Shown: positions 1-11,099 of the stretch, piece after piece
How positions within the stretch are numbered: the stretch's first letter is position 1
Layout of the letters: each line of letters opens with the position of its first letter
NCBI GenBank assembly: GCA_963707985.1
Contig: CAVPRW010000002.1
Span: 64,001 to 128,000, forward strand
Origin: an uncultured Nitrospinota bacterium
Lineage (GTDB): Bacteria; Tectomicrobia; Entotheonellia; J063; CAVPRW01
Reading direction: 5' to 3'
DNA: 64,000 bases
Position numbers and translations under genes: made by a program
Notes under the pieces: model-generated
The model's database searches: none
What the model was told of the DNA's origin: nothing
Seen by the model: the letters and a program-made list of their open reading frames with translations, nothing else

Positions 1-25
1 TCAGTTCCTCCCAGAAAATATCCAT
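1..25 (-). CDS. 5' end of a gene running off the window (MDIFWEEL...), possibly MgtC/SapB family
   Basis: Minus strand shows the RBS-like AAGGAGAGGGAG then ATG at 25 and an open frame to the edge. The family guess rests on only 8 residues. Confidence 0.3.
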
Positions 26-1580
26 TATTAGCTCCCTCTCCTTTGATATGACTCCGTGTATTTCAGTAACCTCCTGCTAGGGTATATTGGTGGACTAACT
101 CACGCATCGGGATGATCTAATTACAATCTTTCATATAACCATACGAACTCTGAATATTCACTCTAACATTGTCATCGTGAGTAAGACGACTTACATCTTC
201 AACAATGTATGCTTTTATTATATGGATGATACGATTGATTATTTCGATTATATCTACGTTTGAATCACGTATTTTACTTATCAATCTTCAATAAAATTAT
301 CTTATCCCAATCTACACGGATCTGTAGAGTTCATAGCAGCTTCGATGATTTCAGGTAATATCTTAAAAGGCACACAAGTAGGTCCGGAGCGCTGTGCCCG
401 CACCCTATAACGTTCTCAACAAACTGCTGGGGAAGGTCCATCCAATCTCCCCTGAGGTCTCTGTATATCGTGATTTTTCAGTATCATACCACGAATCATA
501 GCTTTATACCTCACGCGGTTCGGTGTCATCGCAGGTTGGGGTCGCAGCGGTAAGACCGCAGCGAGATTGATCTTTTGCCGCTCTTGAGAAAACGGCATGA
601 GAAGTTCCGCAGCTCATTGCTCTACCTCGTGAGGTCCTACCACCATCTAACAGACCGGAAAGTATGTCCGCACCTCAACACCCCCAGAAGGCTGACCCAT
701 CCTATAGACTTTAAAATGTCACGATACCTCTTGTCCTGCTTCGCACCAACATTCATCATAGAGGAACGTGTCTAGGTGTGATCCGCTAGATGGCCTTCTG
801 CTCACCTTTTGGTTCTCGAATATAGGTGAACTTCCAGTGTTTGAAACTGCACAGCTCCTATACCTGCTAAATTGTACGCCGGATCATCTCCTTCTGGAGG
901 ATGGAGCGCACGCCTGTTTAGCCTTACACGTCTGTCGCATGCGACGCGTCTCGCCGCAATCATCTATCTTTGCTATAGATCCAACAGCTTAGCCACAAAT
1001 GACTTGAATGGTATCAACTTTGCTCAAAGGGTAGTGACAAGCGATGTTAGTTCAGCAGCTAAAGCGCTCGTTCCGGCCACAGGAGCTGGGATGCAGGTAT
1101 GATCCCTAACCAAATGGGGTGCCGCTTGTGTGCATGGATGACCATCGGTAGCGGGCAGTAGCGGCGGTCGTGAATTTTGTCAAAGAACGGGCCTGGCGAC
1201 TATTCGCTTGCCCCTCATCCAGGTGTGCAAGGTACATCGTAACGTTAGGGAAAAGACCGTTCGAGCCGCTACAACCATTTTTTCATCGAGGCTTTTCACG
1301 TCTGTGATACAGTGCTTTTGCCTGTCAGCATGGAAATGTTGGGGCCTACGGCCATTGTTGAAAACCTCGGCCAGGATAGGGCCCTTCGGCTGTGCTCGGT
1401 ATTACGTTCGAGTCCTCCAAACGAGCCGACTCCTGAAGGCAACAAGTGCCAGAGTTGGCGGCATTGAGCGAGGACATGAGCTTCATTGAGGATTCTACGC
1501 ATGCCTGCGGTACCGATCCTGGCGATCAGGACGAGATCCCCCTGACTGAGTCCATGCAAAGCTTCTAAGGAGGTCAGGTC

Positions 1581-2930
1581 ATGGAAAACGATGTCATCTT
1601 CCAGCCGCTGCGGTTTCGCAACTTGACCGTCAAGAACCGTCTCTTCCGGTCAAACATCTCGGGTCGGTTCGATAACTACGATGGCTCAGGCACCCAGGCA
1701 CGCATCAACTGGGAGGAGAAGTTTGCGCACGGCGGTGTCGGGGCAATCCTCTCTTCCTTCTGCCCGGTCCACATCCGCGGACGGATCGTCCCCAACTACG
1801 CCATGATCGACGACGATGACAAGATCCCTTTCTGGCGCAAAGTCGGCGAGGCCGTCCATCGCCACGATTGTAAGTACATCCTGCAACTCAGCCACTCCGG
1901 CCGCCAGCGGGACATCCCCGGGGTCGAGAACTTCATGGAGAAGGCGCTCTCCTCCACAAATCAGAAGGACACCTTCCACGGCCTGCTGTGCGAAGCCATG
2001 ACGGTGGACCAGATCAAGGGCGTCGTCCGTCTATTCGCGAACGCGGCCAGGCGAGCCCGCGATGCTGGGCTGGATGGCGTGGAGCTCCACGCCTCCCATG
2101 GCTACCTGTTTACACAGTTCCTGAGTTCGGCGATCAATGACCGCAAGGACGAATACGGTGGCTCGTTGGAGAACCGGGCACGTTTTCTGCTCGACGTGAT
2201 AGAGGCGATTCGCCATGAGGTGGGGCATGATTTCCATCTCCAGGTCAAGATCAATGCGGTCGACTTCAACAACGCCCTCTTTCCCTGGGAGAAGAAGGGC
2301 AACACGCTGGAGGAATCGATCCACATTTGTCAGATGGTGGAGGCGGCTGGGGCCGACGCCATCCATGTCTCGATCGGCAGCATCTTTCCTCATCCCTTAT
2401 TGCCCCCGGGCGGTTTTCCTGTGGATGAGATCAATTGGTGGTATGGCAACGTCATCTCCAGCGGTGCCCGCGGCTACCTGAACTACACCCTATTCCACTT
2501 TAATCTCTTCCGACCGCTCTTCTCATTCCTGTGGAATCGCACCAAAAAGCGCCACCCCGTGGAGGGCGTCAGTGCTGAATACGCCAGGGAAGTGAAGAAA
2601 CACGTCAACATACCCGTGCTGAATACCGGTGGTTATCAGGATGCCCGCCTGATTCGCAAAGTGATCTCTGAAGGTTATACCGACGCGGTCTCCATCGCCC
2701 GTCCCCTGGTCGCGAACAACGACCTGCCCCGGATTCTGTTGTCAGGGCGAGACCTGCCCGAACAGCCCTGCTCCTTCTGCAACCGGTGTCTCGTCAACGC
2801 CCTTGCCAACCCTCTTGGTTGTTACGATGTCAGGAGATTCAAAGGGGATCGTGACGCCATGATTCAGGAGGTGATGTCGGTCTTCTCATCTCCCCCGCCC
2901 CTCGCCGCGGAGGTGACACCCCATGAGTAG
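1581..2930 (+). CDS. NADH:flavin oxidoreductase, Old Yellow Enzyme family
   Basis: 449 aa with IFQPLRF..LTVKNR N-terminus, QLSHSGR, DGVELHASHGYL active site, NDRKDEYGGSLENRARF and C-terminal CSFCNRC; RBS AAGGAGG. Confidence 0.93.
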   Translation: MENDVIFQPLRFRNLTVKNRLFRSNISGRFDNYDGSGTQARINWEEKFAHGGVGAILSSFCPVHIRGRIVPNYAMIDDDDKIPFWRKVGEAVHRHDCKYILQLSHSGRQRDIPGVENFMEKALSSTNQKDTFHGLLCEAMTVDQIKGVVRLFANAARRARDAGLDGVELHASHGYLFTQFLSSAINDRKDEYGGSLENRARFLLDVIEAIRHEVGHDFHLQVKINAVDFNNALFPWEKKGNTLEESIHICQMVEAAGADAIHVSIGSIFPHPLLPPGGFPVDEINWWYGNVISSGARGYLNYTLFHFNLFRPLFSFLWNRTKKRHPVEGVSAEYAREVKKHVNIPVLNTGGYQDARLIRKVISEGYTDAVSIARPLVANNDLPRILLSGRDLPEQPCSFCNRCLVNALANPLGCYDVRRFKGDRDAMIQEVMSVFSSPPPLAAEVTPHE

Positions 2931-4461
2931 CCGCACTCGCATCAAGACACGGGATGGAATCCTGATCGACGAGATCTATCAAAGCCCAGTCGACAGCTAC
3001 GAAGTACGATTCCGCAAGCTTTTCCTCCTGATCATCCTGTTGATTGCGGCGCTGATCATCGGCTATGTGATCTGGTCCGTCACGACTGATCGCCCAGTGG
3101 CGTATTCGAACATTACCGAGCATTTCAAGTATGGCTCCATCGGCAGCGAGCCGGGAGGCCCCCTGCTGAGCCCAGTTGGCGGGGTCCTGCCGCCTTATTG
3201 GGTGTTCAAGGTCCTGCCCGCCATCTGTCCTGACAAACTGCCAGGGGGATACGCGTCTCTCGGGTTCATCTATGAACCCGGGAGAGACTTGCCCATTGGC
3301 GTTTCCAGACGCCAGCGACTAGGTGTGGATCAGGTGGGACTGAATTGTGCCGTCTGCCATACGGGCACGGTCCGTGAGACGCCGACTAGCACAGCCCAGA
3401 TCGTGCTGGGCATGCCGGCCCATCAATTGGACTTACAGCGTCTGTTCGATGGCGTCCTCGGTTGCACGCTGGACGAGCGCCTGACCGTCGACAATCTGCT
3501 GGGGAAGATCAAGGAAAGTGGCGGCCACCTGGGGTTGATCGAAGGTCTCCTGTATCGAACCGCCCTGCTCAATCAGGTCAGAACGGCCAGCCTGCGGCAG
3601 CAAGGACGCAGTGGCGTGCTGTTGAGCGGCGCGGTGCCGGCCTGGGGGCGAGGCCGGGTCGACACCTTCAACCCTTACAAAGCCATCCAGTTCAATTGGT
3701 CGCTTGCGCAATTGCCCCCGGCGGAGCTGATCGGCGCGGCCGACCTGCCATCGTTATGGAACCAGCAGCCGCGGGAGGGCATGCAACTCCATTGGGACGG
3801 CAATAATAGCTCCGTAGACGAACGCAACCTGAGCGCAGCCCTGGGCGCTGGGGTCACACCTGTGACGGTCGACCATGACAACATCAAACGGGTCCGCGAC
3901 TGGATATGGACCCTTCCGCCACCGAAATACCCCTACGCCATCGATGCTAGTCGTGCGGCCAGTGGCCAGGCGATCTATGTACGACTTTGCGCCGAGTGCC
4001 ATAGCTTTGGCGGGAAGAGAACCGGCTCGGTCGTCGACATCAACGACATCGGCACTGATCCTCACCGTCTCAACTCTTACACCCATATCTTCGCGGCCAA
4101 TCAAGCGGACCTCTTCCCGGAGTCCCGGTATCGGTTTACGCATTTCCGCAAGACGCATGGCTACGCCAACCATCCACTCGACGGCATCTGGGCCCGCGCG
4201 CCTTACCTCCACAATGGCTCGGTACCCACGCTTTGGGATCTGCTGCAAAGCCCGGAGGACAGGCCCCGGCAGTTCAGCCGGGGATACGATGTTTACGACA
4301 AAGAAAAGGTCGGGTTCATCTCCGCTACGCCAGAAGCTAAACAAGCTGGCTCGCCTTACGATACCACCGTCCCCGGCAATGGGAATGGGGGCCACGTTTA
4401 TGGGACGCAGCTCTCCGACGAGGAGAAGCGGGCGTTGGTCGAGTACATGAAAACCCTGTAG
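2923..4461 (+). CDS. Membrane-anchored diheme c-type cytochrome, RoxA-like family
   Basis: N-terminal TM helix, two CxxCH motifs (CAVCH, CAECH), GIWARAPYLHNGSVPTL and GNGNGGH..G..LS.EEK.ALVEYMKTL tail; overlaps the upstream gene by 8 nt. Confidence 0.85.
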   Translation: MSSRTRIKTRDGILIDEIYQSPVDSYEVRFRKLFLLIILLIAALIIGYVIWSVTTDRPVAYSNITEHFKYGSIGSEPGGPLLSPVGGVLPPYWVFKVLPAICPDKLPGGYASLGFIYEPGRDLPIGVSRRQRLGVDQVGLNCAVCHTGTVRETPTSTAQIVLGMPAHQLDLQRLFDGVLGCTLDERLTVDNLLGKIKESGGHLGLIEGLLYRTALLNQVRTASLRQQGRSGVLLSGAVPAWGRGRVDTFNPYKAIQFNWSLAQLPPAELIGAADLPSLWNQQPREGMQLHWDGNNSSVDERNLSAALGAGVTPVTVDHDNIKRVRDWIWTLPPPKYPYAIDASRAASGQAIYVRLCAECHSFGGKRTGSVVDINDIGTDPHRLNSYTHIFAANQADLFPESRYRFTHFRKTHGYANHPLDGIWARAPYLHNGSVPTLWDLLQSPEDRPRQFSRGYDVYDKEKVGFISATPEAKQAGSPYDTTVPGNGNGGHVYGTQLSDEEKRALVEYMKTL

Positions 4462-4561
4462 GGGTGGTTCCCAATTGAGGGGAGAGCCCATTGGCGGCGT
4501 CGGGGTGCACTTGACGGCTCAGGTCACTCACATATCGAATCGGGCGCTTGAAGGAGAAACC

Positions 4562-4933
4562 ATGAACAAGTTCGCCGTGTGGTTTGGGCGCCTTGTATGG
4601 CTTGGCATCATTGCGAACTTCGTGCTGGCCATACCGGGCCTCGTTTGGCCGGAGCAACTCCTCGCATTCATCGGATTCCCTCCGGCGTCTCCGCTTCTGT
4701 GGCCGAGCTTTGCGTCGCTGCTGTTGATCTTGCTCAGCCTCTTCTATATGCCCGGCGCGGTGAACCCGTTCCATTACCGGGCCAACGCGTACCTGGCGGT
4801 GATCAGCCGATTGGCAGGGGTCATATTCTTCTTTGCAGGGCCTAGCACCTACTACCTGCTGGGCCTGTTTGATCTCGCCTTTGCCATTCCGCAAGCGATT
4901 TTCTTACTCCTAGCCCTGAAAACGGCCAAATGA
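4562..4933 (+). CDS. Small ~4-TM membrane protein
   Basis: RBS AAGGAGA before ATG at 4562; four hydrophobic segments; lies between the two cytochrome genes. Confidence 0.75.
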   Translation: MNKFAVWFGRLVWLGIIANFVLAIPGLVWPEQLLAFIGFPPASPLLWPSFASLLLILLSLFYMPGAVNPFHYRANAYLAVISRLAGVIFFFAGPSTYYLLGLFDLAFAIPQAIFLLLALKTAK

Positions 4934-4940
4934 GGGAGCC

Positions 4941-6404
4941 ATGATGGCGACAGCGACTGGATGGCCATGGAGGAAAATTACCGCTGTGCTGATCGTCTTG
5001 GTGGTGCTGGCAGCTGTTGTGGGTTACGTGGGCTATGACAAATTCTTCCGCGAGGTTCCACCCCCGCATTTTGCCTCGGATGAAGAGCATTTTCTCTACG
5101 GTTCTATCGGGACCGAGAGCCTGACGGGCCTTCCCTATTGGATCTGGCTGGTGCTCCCGCGGCTCTTTCCCGAGTATCTGCCGGGACCTGGTGGATACGC
5201 GTCGCTAGGAATCCCCTGGCAGGAAGGCCACGAGATGCCGATTGGGTTCACCAAGGTGACAATTGGGTTTCCCCGTGTAGGCTTTAACTGCGCTTTTTGC
5301 CACACTGCGACCTGGCGGGCAAAACCCGAGGATCCCGCCACCATCGTTCCAACTGCCCCTTCGCACCAGGCAGCGGTGCAAAGTTACTTGCGCTTCCTCT
5401 TCGCTTGCGCCCGCGATCCACGCTTTACCGCAAAAAACATTCTCGCCGAAATCAACCGCAACTATAGCCTTTCCTGGGTCGATACCCAGCTTTACCGCTT
5501 TCTCATCATTCCCTTTAGCGGCATGGCTTTGCGTAAACAATCCCAGGAGAACGCCTGGATGGATACCCGACCGGACTGGGGACGTGGCCGGATTGACCCG
5601 TTCAACCCGGTGAAGTTTGGGTTTTTGAAGCTGCCTGTCGACGACACCATCGGGAACTCCGACATGGAGCCCGTCTGGAATCAGAAGGCACGCCAAGGCA
5701 TGTCGCTGCACTGGGATGGCCTGAACACCAATCACACCGAGGTGGTGTTGAGCTCAGCGCTTGGCGACGGGGCAACCCCAAAGTGGGTGGATCGCGATTT
5801 TCAGAACTGGCGCAACGGTTCCAGTCTGCAGCGCATTCAGAAGTATATGATGGAAGTTCAAGCGCCCAAATATCCGTTTCCCATCGATCAGCAACGAGCC
5901 GCCGCAGGAAAGAACATTTACGATCGGAACTGTGCCTTGTGCCACACCTTCGGCCAGCAGCGCAACGGCACAGTCATCCCGGTCAGTGAGGTGGGTACCG
6001 ATCGCCATCGGTTAGACATGTGGACGGCAGAAGCGGCACGGGCGTATAACGCTTACGGCCAAGGACATGCCTGGAAGTTCAATGCGTTTACGAAAACGTC
6101 GGGCTATGTGGCTGTGCCTCATGATGGCCTATGGCTGAGAGCGCCATACCTGCACAACGGCTCCGTGCCATCCCTCTGGGATCTGCTGGAAATTCCGGAG
6201 AAGCGGCCACAAGTCTTTTACCGTGGATACGACGTCTATGATCCACAGAAGGTGGGCTTTATCACGGAAGGACCCGACGCGGAGCGAGTGGGCTTCCGGC
6301 ATCAGACAAGCGTACCAGGCAATGGCAACGGCGGACATCTCTACGGCACGGACTTATCTCCCGCAGAGAAGGAGGCGCTCATCGAATATCTGAAAACCTT
6401 GTAA
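4941..6404 (+). CDS. Second membrane-anchored diheme c-type cytochrome, RoxA-like (paralog of 2923..4461)
   Basis: TM anchor, CAFCH and CALCH, GLWLRAPYLHNGSVPSL; shares HFxYGSIGxE, GRGRxDxFNPxK and LHWDG blocks with the first copy. Confidence 0.85.
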   Translation: MMATATGWPWRKITAVLIVLVVLAAVVGYVGYDKFFREVPPPHFASDEEHFLYGSIGTESLTGLPYWIWLVLPRLFPEYLPGPGGYASLGIPWQEGHEMPIGFTKVTIGFPRVGFNCAFCHTATWRAKPEDPATIVPTAPSHQAAVQSYLRFLFACARDPRFTAKNILAEINRNYSLSWVDTQLYRFLIIPFSGMALRKQSQENAWMDTRPDWGRGRIDPFNPVKFGFLKLPVDDTIGNSDMEPVWNQKARQGMSLHWDGLNTNHTEVVLSSALGDGATPKWVDRDFQNWRNGSSLQRIQKYMMEVQAPKYPFPIDQQRAAAGKNIYDRNCALCHTFGQQRNGTVIPVSEVGTDRHRLDMWTAEAARAYNAYGQGHAWKFNAFTKTSGYVAVPHDGLWLRAPYLHNGSVPSLWDLLEIPEKRPQVFYRGYDVYDPQKVGFITEGPDAERVGFRHQTSVPGNGNGGHLYGTDLSPAEKEALIEYLKTL

Positions 6405-6656
6405 GCGGAGCCTTGCCAGGTCGCTCATGTCCGTCGCCCCTTGAGTCCATGCAGGGCAGGAAGCTCGATAGAGGGGTGCCCCCAAGTGTGTGCCGTGTCG
6501 CAATGGCAAGTGACCCCTTCGACACTGATAGTCGGGCAAAGCAAGCAAGCTATCTGTCGCATGCGATTGATCTCTCCCGATGACCATGACGTGGCATTCA
6601 GCAGCCTGCCAGATCTGGGAGAGCGAGGAAACGGCTTTTAGAAAGAGGGTCCTGCT

Positions 6657-7085
6657 ATGCTTTCATCTATAATAAATTTTTTCGTAACTTCGCCATTCGT
6701 CATTAATTTTTTGCTCATAATCTTGATCATCTTGGATGTGGTCTTATCTGTCCTAGCTCTTCTGTTGCCAAACCTCTGGTTTAAGATATTCCACAATCAA
6801 CCGTATATCGATCCACAAGGGCTTCTCCGGCGAACTGGAGCAGTGTGGGTAGCTTTCACCCTATTGCAATTCATTGCATATATGAAATGGCCAGAACAAC
6901 CTTACTGGTTGGTTTTGATTGCGGGCGTTCGTCTGACAGAATTATTCTCTGATTGGACATACTTATATTTTTCCCAGAACATTACCCGAGTAGGGCGTAT
7001 CAGTCTCTGGATAGCTCCACCTGCGAATCTCGTGATGGGATGGTTTTTCATACAAAGTTTTTTGAGGCTCACCGAAGGGAAATAA
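6657..7085 (+). CDS. Small ~4-TM membrane protein, AT-richer than its neighbours
   Basis: 142-aa hydrophobic ORF with GAGGG upstream, co-oriented with the operon. Confidence 0.65.
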   Translation: MLSSIINFFVTSPFVINFLLIILIILDVVLSVLALLLPNLWFKIFHNQPYIDPQGLLRRTGAVWVAFTLLQFIAYMKWPEQPYWLVLIAGVRLTELFSDWTYLYFSQNITRVGRISLWIAPPANLVMGWFFIQSFLRLTEGK

Positions 7086-7458
7086 GGTAGTGTTGCAGAC
7101 ATTGCTTGGATTGTGCGGAAGAAGCGCTCAGCCGCATCCGCATCACCCATCTTCTTCCATGGAAGCGCATACCATCGGGCTAATATGCAGGGATGGAAGC
7201 ACATGCTTACCCCTCTAAGGTGGCCGAGCCGAGAAAGCTCTGTTTCTCCCGTGACCTGACACTCCCCTCCTTTACAAGCTGATCCTGCTCAAAATGAGCA
7301 CGGTGATATCCCTGTTGGTGGGCTCATCCGGAGACGTCTTGGCCTGAGTGGCTCACACGGCAACCGCGAAGAAGGCTTCCAATGGTGGATCTCGGCATCC
7401 ATGACCTCAGCGGAATGGTGGATTCGCCCTGATGAGCACTTGCCAGCACAGGTACGGA

Positions 7459-8097
7459 TCACACGAGTCCCTTCGTCTGGGCGTATCGGAGGAGTGCTAT
7501 GCGACTGTCAACATGCAGTTTCTCATAGCTTCTGTGCAGATGAATTTTGACGGTGCCCTCGCTGATCGTCAGCTTGTTGGCAATTTCTTTATTGCGCAGA
7601 CCACTGGCTGCCAGGCGAACGATCTCGAGCTCGCGCGACGTCAGAAGTTGTGCAACCTCACGCATGCCAGCCTCACGCCGCAGCATTTTTTCCATCGCCC
7701 GGCCGATGGAGTGTCTTTCCAACCATTGGTCGCCCGCGTACACCTTGCGGACACATTGGATCAAGAGTGGCACTGCCATCTCTTTCAGGACGACCCCGCC
7801 CACCCCGAGACGCATCGCTTCCAGGAGGTTGTCTTCATCGATGGCCGCGGTCAGCAGGATCACGCGCGTGGGGAGCTTTAGTTGGTGCAGCTCACGGAGT
7901 ACCGCTAATCCGTCTTTGCCCGGCATCAGGATATCGAGGATCAAAACATCCGGCTGGAACTGGCACACGGCCTGCAGGGTTTCCTCCCCGTTTCGGCAGC
8001 CGGCGAGCACTTCAAAGTCGGGTTCCTGACGCAGGAGGAGCGTCAGGCCTTGGAGGATAGGGGGATGGTCATCAGCGAGTATTATACGTATTGACAT
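7459..8097 (-). CDS. NarL/LuxR-family response regulator
   Basis: IILADDH receiver, DILMP phospho-acceptor Asp, LTSRELEI...GLRNKEIA..L.ISEGTVKIH LuxR HTH; RBS GGAGG before ATG 8097. Confidence 0.95.
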   Translation of the reverse strand: MSIRIILADDHPPILQGLTLLLRQEPDFEVLAGCRNGEETLQAVCQFQPDVLILDILMPGKDGLAVLRELHQLKLPTRVILLTAAIDEDNLLEAMRLGVGGVVLKEMAVPLLIQCVRKVYAGDQWLERHSIGRAMEKMLRREAGMREVAQLLTSRELEIVRLAASGLRNKEIANKLTISEGTVKIHLHRSYEKLHVDSRIALLRYAQTKGLV

Positions 8098-8398
8098 CGT
8101 GTCCTCCAAGCCCACTCAGCGGCTGCTCCATCAAGGACCCAAGTCCCTGACAGCGACGCAACTTCATCTTCTCGACGACTCACAAATGGTTATGTCAACT
8201 ACTCTAGGATAGGCTCTCGGCGCCGACAATCTAGCAAACGATAGATTGTTGTACACCTTTAGATATAGACGGATGTAACCAGATAAATTGATATAATATA
8301 AGATATTACTGCATTCCCTTTGAAACTTTCGAGCTGGGATGCCCACCGCCATTGGCCCCGCTTTCGTAAGGCGCAATGCGCCAGAGCGCAGGCAGTCG

Positions 8399-10129
8399 TC
8401 ATAGGCGATGACTCCAGAGATGTGCCTCGTGCTCTCCAGCGGACATAAGCGGCAAGCAGATCACCAGGCAAGATCCGGACGCCGTCGAATCGAGGGCCAA
8501 GGTCCCTCCCAGCGACGCCACCCGATCCCTGAGCATCGCTGGCCCTAATTGTAAAGACATCAATGCCGGCAGGGCATAGTGACCACGGAAAGGAAAGCCG
8601 CGGCCGTTATCGGCCACGGTGATCCGCACGTGATCGTTTTGGCGTTCGATCTCGGCACGTACACTGGAGGCGCAAGCGTGGCGAGCAGCATTGACCAGCG
8701 CTTCATGGACGATATAGTAGATTTCGTGCGTCAGCTCAGTCGGAAGCTGCGATTCCGAGAGTTTGACAGCTAACTCTACGCGTAGGCCCCACTGGCGCTC
8801 GATCTGCTCACTTACCGCTTCCAGGCGGGTTACCAGGCTGAAATCGGCCGTGGAAGCTTGAAGTGTAGCCGATTTCAACTCTCGGACGAGGAATCGCAGG
8901 TCACGTTGCTCCTCAGCAATCAGACGCTGAATCTCAAGCAGGTGATCCCGGGCTGCGTGTAGGTTCTCTTCCAGCAGGCGGCGCACTGCCGCCATTTGCA
9001 AGCTCATCCCGGTCAATGATTGGAGCAAGCCGTCATGGAGGTTGCGTGCTAGACGGAGACGTTCCTCTGTGACCGCCGCTTGTTGCAGCCGCCGTGAGAG
9101 ATAGAACTGGTCCATGTCGGCGACCACCTGATGAGCGACAATGTCGCTTAACACTAACTCATCTGGCGTTAAGCGTCGCATATCGAGGAATAAAAGTCGC
9201 CCTTCAAATGTGGCTCCATGCAAGCGCGAGGAGAGGACGGGGCCAATAGCAAACCGCTTCTGCACACTGGAGTCAAGAGGCACGCCGTCCCAAGAGAGCA
9301 AGCCATCGGAGGATGTATAGAGGACTTTGGGGACCGGCACACGCACGTCTGGACTAAAAAAGCTTGCGTCGATGAACGGCTCGGCAACCAACCGATCGAT
9401 CGCATCGGGGGGCTCGCGGCTCAAGTGCAACGCGTTGTGAGACCATACCGCCAGGTGAATCCAGGGTTCTTCTGGCTCTTCCCAGAACATGAGCACCCTC
9501 GGGGCATGCAGGAGGTTGGCGGCGTGTGCCAGTTCGTTTTGGGCAAGAGCAGGGATCTCTCTGAAAGTACCGCGTGGCCATGCGGCGAGCTTGGTCATAT
9601 TGCTGTCCACTCGCCGCTTGTGGGCTCCCAGATAGCCCAGCAGTGCAGCTGCCAGAGCCAGGTAGACGGCACGAATGACGACGCGGTTCAGCACAAAGGC
9701 CGGATCGCGCACGAGCGTCGCCCCATAGACTCCCATGCCGACGAACATCGCCAGGGCTGCCACTGCGGTCCACAACGTTCCATGCCACCGCCAGCGTAGC
9801 GTGGCACATACTAACGAAAACACAAAATAGACGAAAAAGGGGCTGGAGGGACCTTCTGAAAGATAGATAAGAAGCGAGAAGAACGCCAGGTCAAGGACGT
9901 GTGTGGTAAGGCTCAGGCGTCGGAGGGATACAGCCGACTGCCATGCCAATAGGGCTAGAGCGAGTGCATAAACGACGTAGCAGGTCAATGAAGCATAGGC
10001 AACCCACGCGTACCTGGCAGGTTGGGACGGATCCAACCAAATGGCCAGCAGAGCTGCAATTGCCATCACCACTCGTGTTATGGCGATGAGCCGTTCAATG
10101 CGGCTCTGCTGGGGGGATTGCAAGCTCAT
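8399..10129 (-). CDS. Membrane sensor histidine kinase (HisKA_3 type)
   Basis: Multi-TM N-terminus; EERLRLARNLHDGLLQ H-box; EALVNAARHA and DNGRGF ATPase motifs. Confidence 0.92.
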   Translation of the reverse strand: MSLQSPQQSRIERLIAITRVVMAIAALLAIWLDPSQPARYAWVAYASLTCYVVYALALALLAWQSAVSLRRLSLTTHVLDLAFFSLLIYLSEGPSSPFFVYFVFSLVCATLRWRWHGTLWTAVAALAMFVGMGVYGATLVRDPAFVLNRVVIRAVYLALAAALLGYLGAHKRRVDSNMTKLAAWPRGTFREIPALAQNELAHAANLLHAPRVLMFWEEPEEPWIHLAVWSHNALHLSREPPDAIDRLVAEPFIDASFFSPDVRVPVPKVLYTSSDGLLSWDGVPLDSSVQKRFAIGPVLSSRLHGATFEGRLLFLDMRRLTPDELVLSDIVAHQVVADMDQFYLSRRLQQAAVTEERLRLARNLHDGLLQSLTGMSLQMAAVRRLLEENLHAARDHLLEIQRLIAEEQRDLRFLVRELKSATLQASTADFSLVTRLEAVSEQIERQWGLRVELAVKLSESQLPTELTHEIYYIVHEALVNAARHACASSVRAEIERQNDHVRITVADNGRGFPFRGHYALPALMSLQLGPAMLRDRVASLGGTLALDSTASGSCLVICLPLMSAGEHEAHLWSHRL

Positions 10130-11067
10130 GGTCGGACTAACCCGCCTCGTCGCCCACGGTGGCTACGCCTGTCAGACAGCGTAACTGCCAAGATGGGCTG
10201 CGGGGAGGCAGTAATCACCCCCTACCGCACCCCTTCTTGGTGTGCCGTACCATGCCACGATCGAGGCAAATAGATCAATGTTATAGTAAGTTGCGTTGTT
10301 CCTAAAATTCAGACCACAATCAGAAATCCAACAAAAAAACTGGCAAGGCCTCAGCTGCTCGTTCCCGTCAACACAGGGAAGCCCCTGAGGGCTGCACGCC
10401 TGCCCTCCCCAATTGTAGACAACCATCTGTCTCTGGAGAGAGCTGTTTTTTCGGAAATCTCAACGCCGGATGGGACGCCCTTGGCCCCGAAGGGGCTACT
10501 ATTGTCCGTGCCGACCCCTTCTCCTCGGTGCTGCTAACTCATATGCCACCACTGCAATTATCCTAGATACCGTCTGTCCCCGTCATCCGCTGCATAATTC
10601 CCATGGCCGACTGTGCACCGCGTCTATCGTCGTATGGGGGATGGCCTGTCGTGGGTGAAGTTCTTCCGTTGTGCAGTCTGCCATCCAGCCTTCCCTGAAG
10701 GGGGTATCGCGGACCTGGCATGTAAGGAATGACGGCTGAATAAATCGATAGAAAGTCGTTCTCGGTGGCTTTCCCCTCAAATGCTGTGTGTCAAGAGGTA
10801 TGCGATGGAGGACATCCAGAGCGCCATCTTCATGCTGTTAAACTACCACTCTATGCACTCTCCGTTACGATCGTCTGATATATAAACTATGGCCAAAGGC
10901 TAAACTGGGTACGACTACATACAATCTCGTGAAATTGACTAGAATCACACAAAAAAGATAAAATATAGGAATCTTAAGAATCGGTGGAACAGCTATCACC
11001 TTCATGTGCTCCGTATGCTTTGATAGATACTATATACACCGATCGGCAATGAGAAGTCAAAGAAAAT

Positions 11068-11099
11068 TGTCATAATATGTCATAATCTATGACATATTA
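11068..11099. promoter_or_regulatory. Putative operator: perfect 12-bp inverted repeat with overlapping direct repeats
   Basis: TAATATGTCATA-ATC-TATGACATATTA at 11073-11099; TGTCATAAT at 11068 and 11078; AT-rich intergenic DNA. Confidence 0.55.

Noticed and set aside
416..1559. Short ORFs in the left intergenic region
   Set aside because: No recognisable motifs or RBS; they overlap in conflicting frames.
1478..1570. 30-aa ORF (MSFIEDSTHACGTDPG...) before the OYE gene as a RiPP precursor
   Set aside because: Poor RBS spacing, no leader/core pattern and no RiPP machinery nearby.
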